This document shows positions 63,501 through 64,000 of a DNA stretch of 64,000 bases, piece by piece. Source of the DNA: Okamejei kenojei. Lineage: Eukaryota. Each line of letters starts with the position of its first letter. Position 1 is the first letter of the stretch. Location of the stretch: the NCBI GenBank assembly GCA_035221665.1, contig CM069147.1:43772001-43836000 (forward strand). Reading direction: 5' to 3'. A model generated the notes under the pieces. It was not told where the DNA came from. It made no database searches and saw only the letters and a program-made list of their open reading frames with translations. The position numbers and the translations under genes are program-made.

Positions 63501-64000
63501 GGGCCAGCAAAAATGCAAGTGTTTCCGACTTGACTGCACGAACTGTAGAAGTCTGAAACTATCAAGATCCAGGCCGGATCTGTAATGTTTTTTACCTTAA
63601 CGTTATGTTATTTTTATAAAGCATACAAATTCTTTATGTTCCATGACTTTGAAAAAGATGGCAAGCCGTGCATCTGGTTACATTAACTACAAGGCAATGA
63701 GACATTGAAGAGCAATTGGATTCTTACATCAAACGGGTTGCTGGTAAATTGAAAGACTGATGTCAGGAGGTGCAATGTTACAGGATTACAAAATGATAAA
63801 GGGCATAATAATTGAATACAAGATTGTAAAGCAGTGATAATATATTGTAGATTATTAAATTATAACAACTAACAAAATATAAATATACATGGCGATAGAA
63901 GCGAAATGGTATGGTATTCCCAGAGGGTGTTTTTAACCTTATGATTGCAGACACATTTTTAAACAGCTTGAATAATTGGTGAAATGTGTTGCCCAACTGT

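Overview
This is eukaryotic, vertebrate genomic DNA, almost certainly from a cartilaginous fish (skate/ray-like). That call is an inference from the repeat content: HE1/V-type tRNA SINEs sharing 3' tails with CR1 LINEs, Penelope-like elements, Rex1/Babar, Mag-type Gypsy and DIRS. Only one host gene is recognisable: the first coding exon of a VPS9D1 orthologue (minus strand, 2214-2306) in a CpG island with CTCF, GC-box and RFX motifs. A 1.35-kb polypyrimidine tract lies in its intron 1. The remaining ~61 kb upstream of VPS9D1 is repeat-rich non-coding sequence with deep nesting. Main structures: (1) Penelope > Gypsy > solo-LTR nest at 6.7-13.7 kb, with a solo LTR of the same Gypsy family at 35.4 kb; (2) a structurally complete DIRS tyrosine-recombinase retrotransposon (41361-46280) with near-perfect ITR/ICR ends but decayed ORFs; (3) many short Penelope-derived fold-back inserts carrying a minimal hammerhead-ribozyme motif; (4) Harbinger and hAT MITEs; (5) an unusual one-ended-MITE inverted duplication at 28.9-29.3 kb. 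Most listed ORFs are spurious or TE remnants. I found no prokaryote-type system, CRISPR array, rRNA or true tRNA gene. Many TE boundaries are approximate. All family assignments come from recalled motifs, not from database searches.
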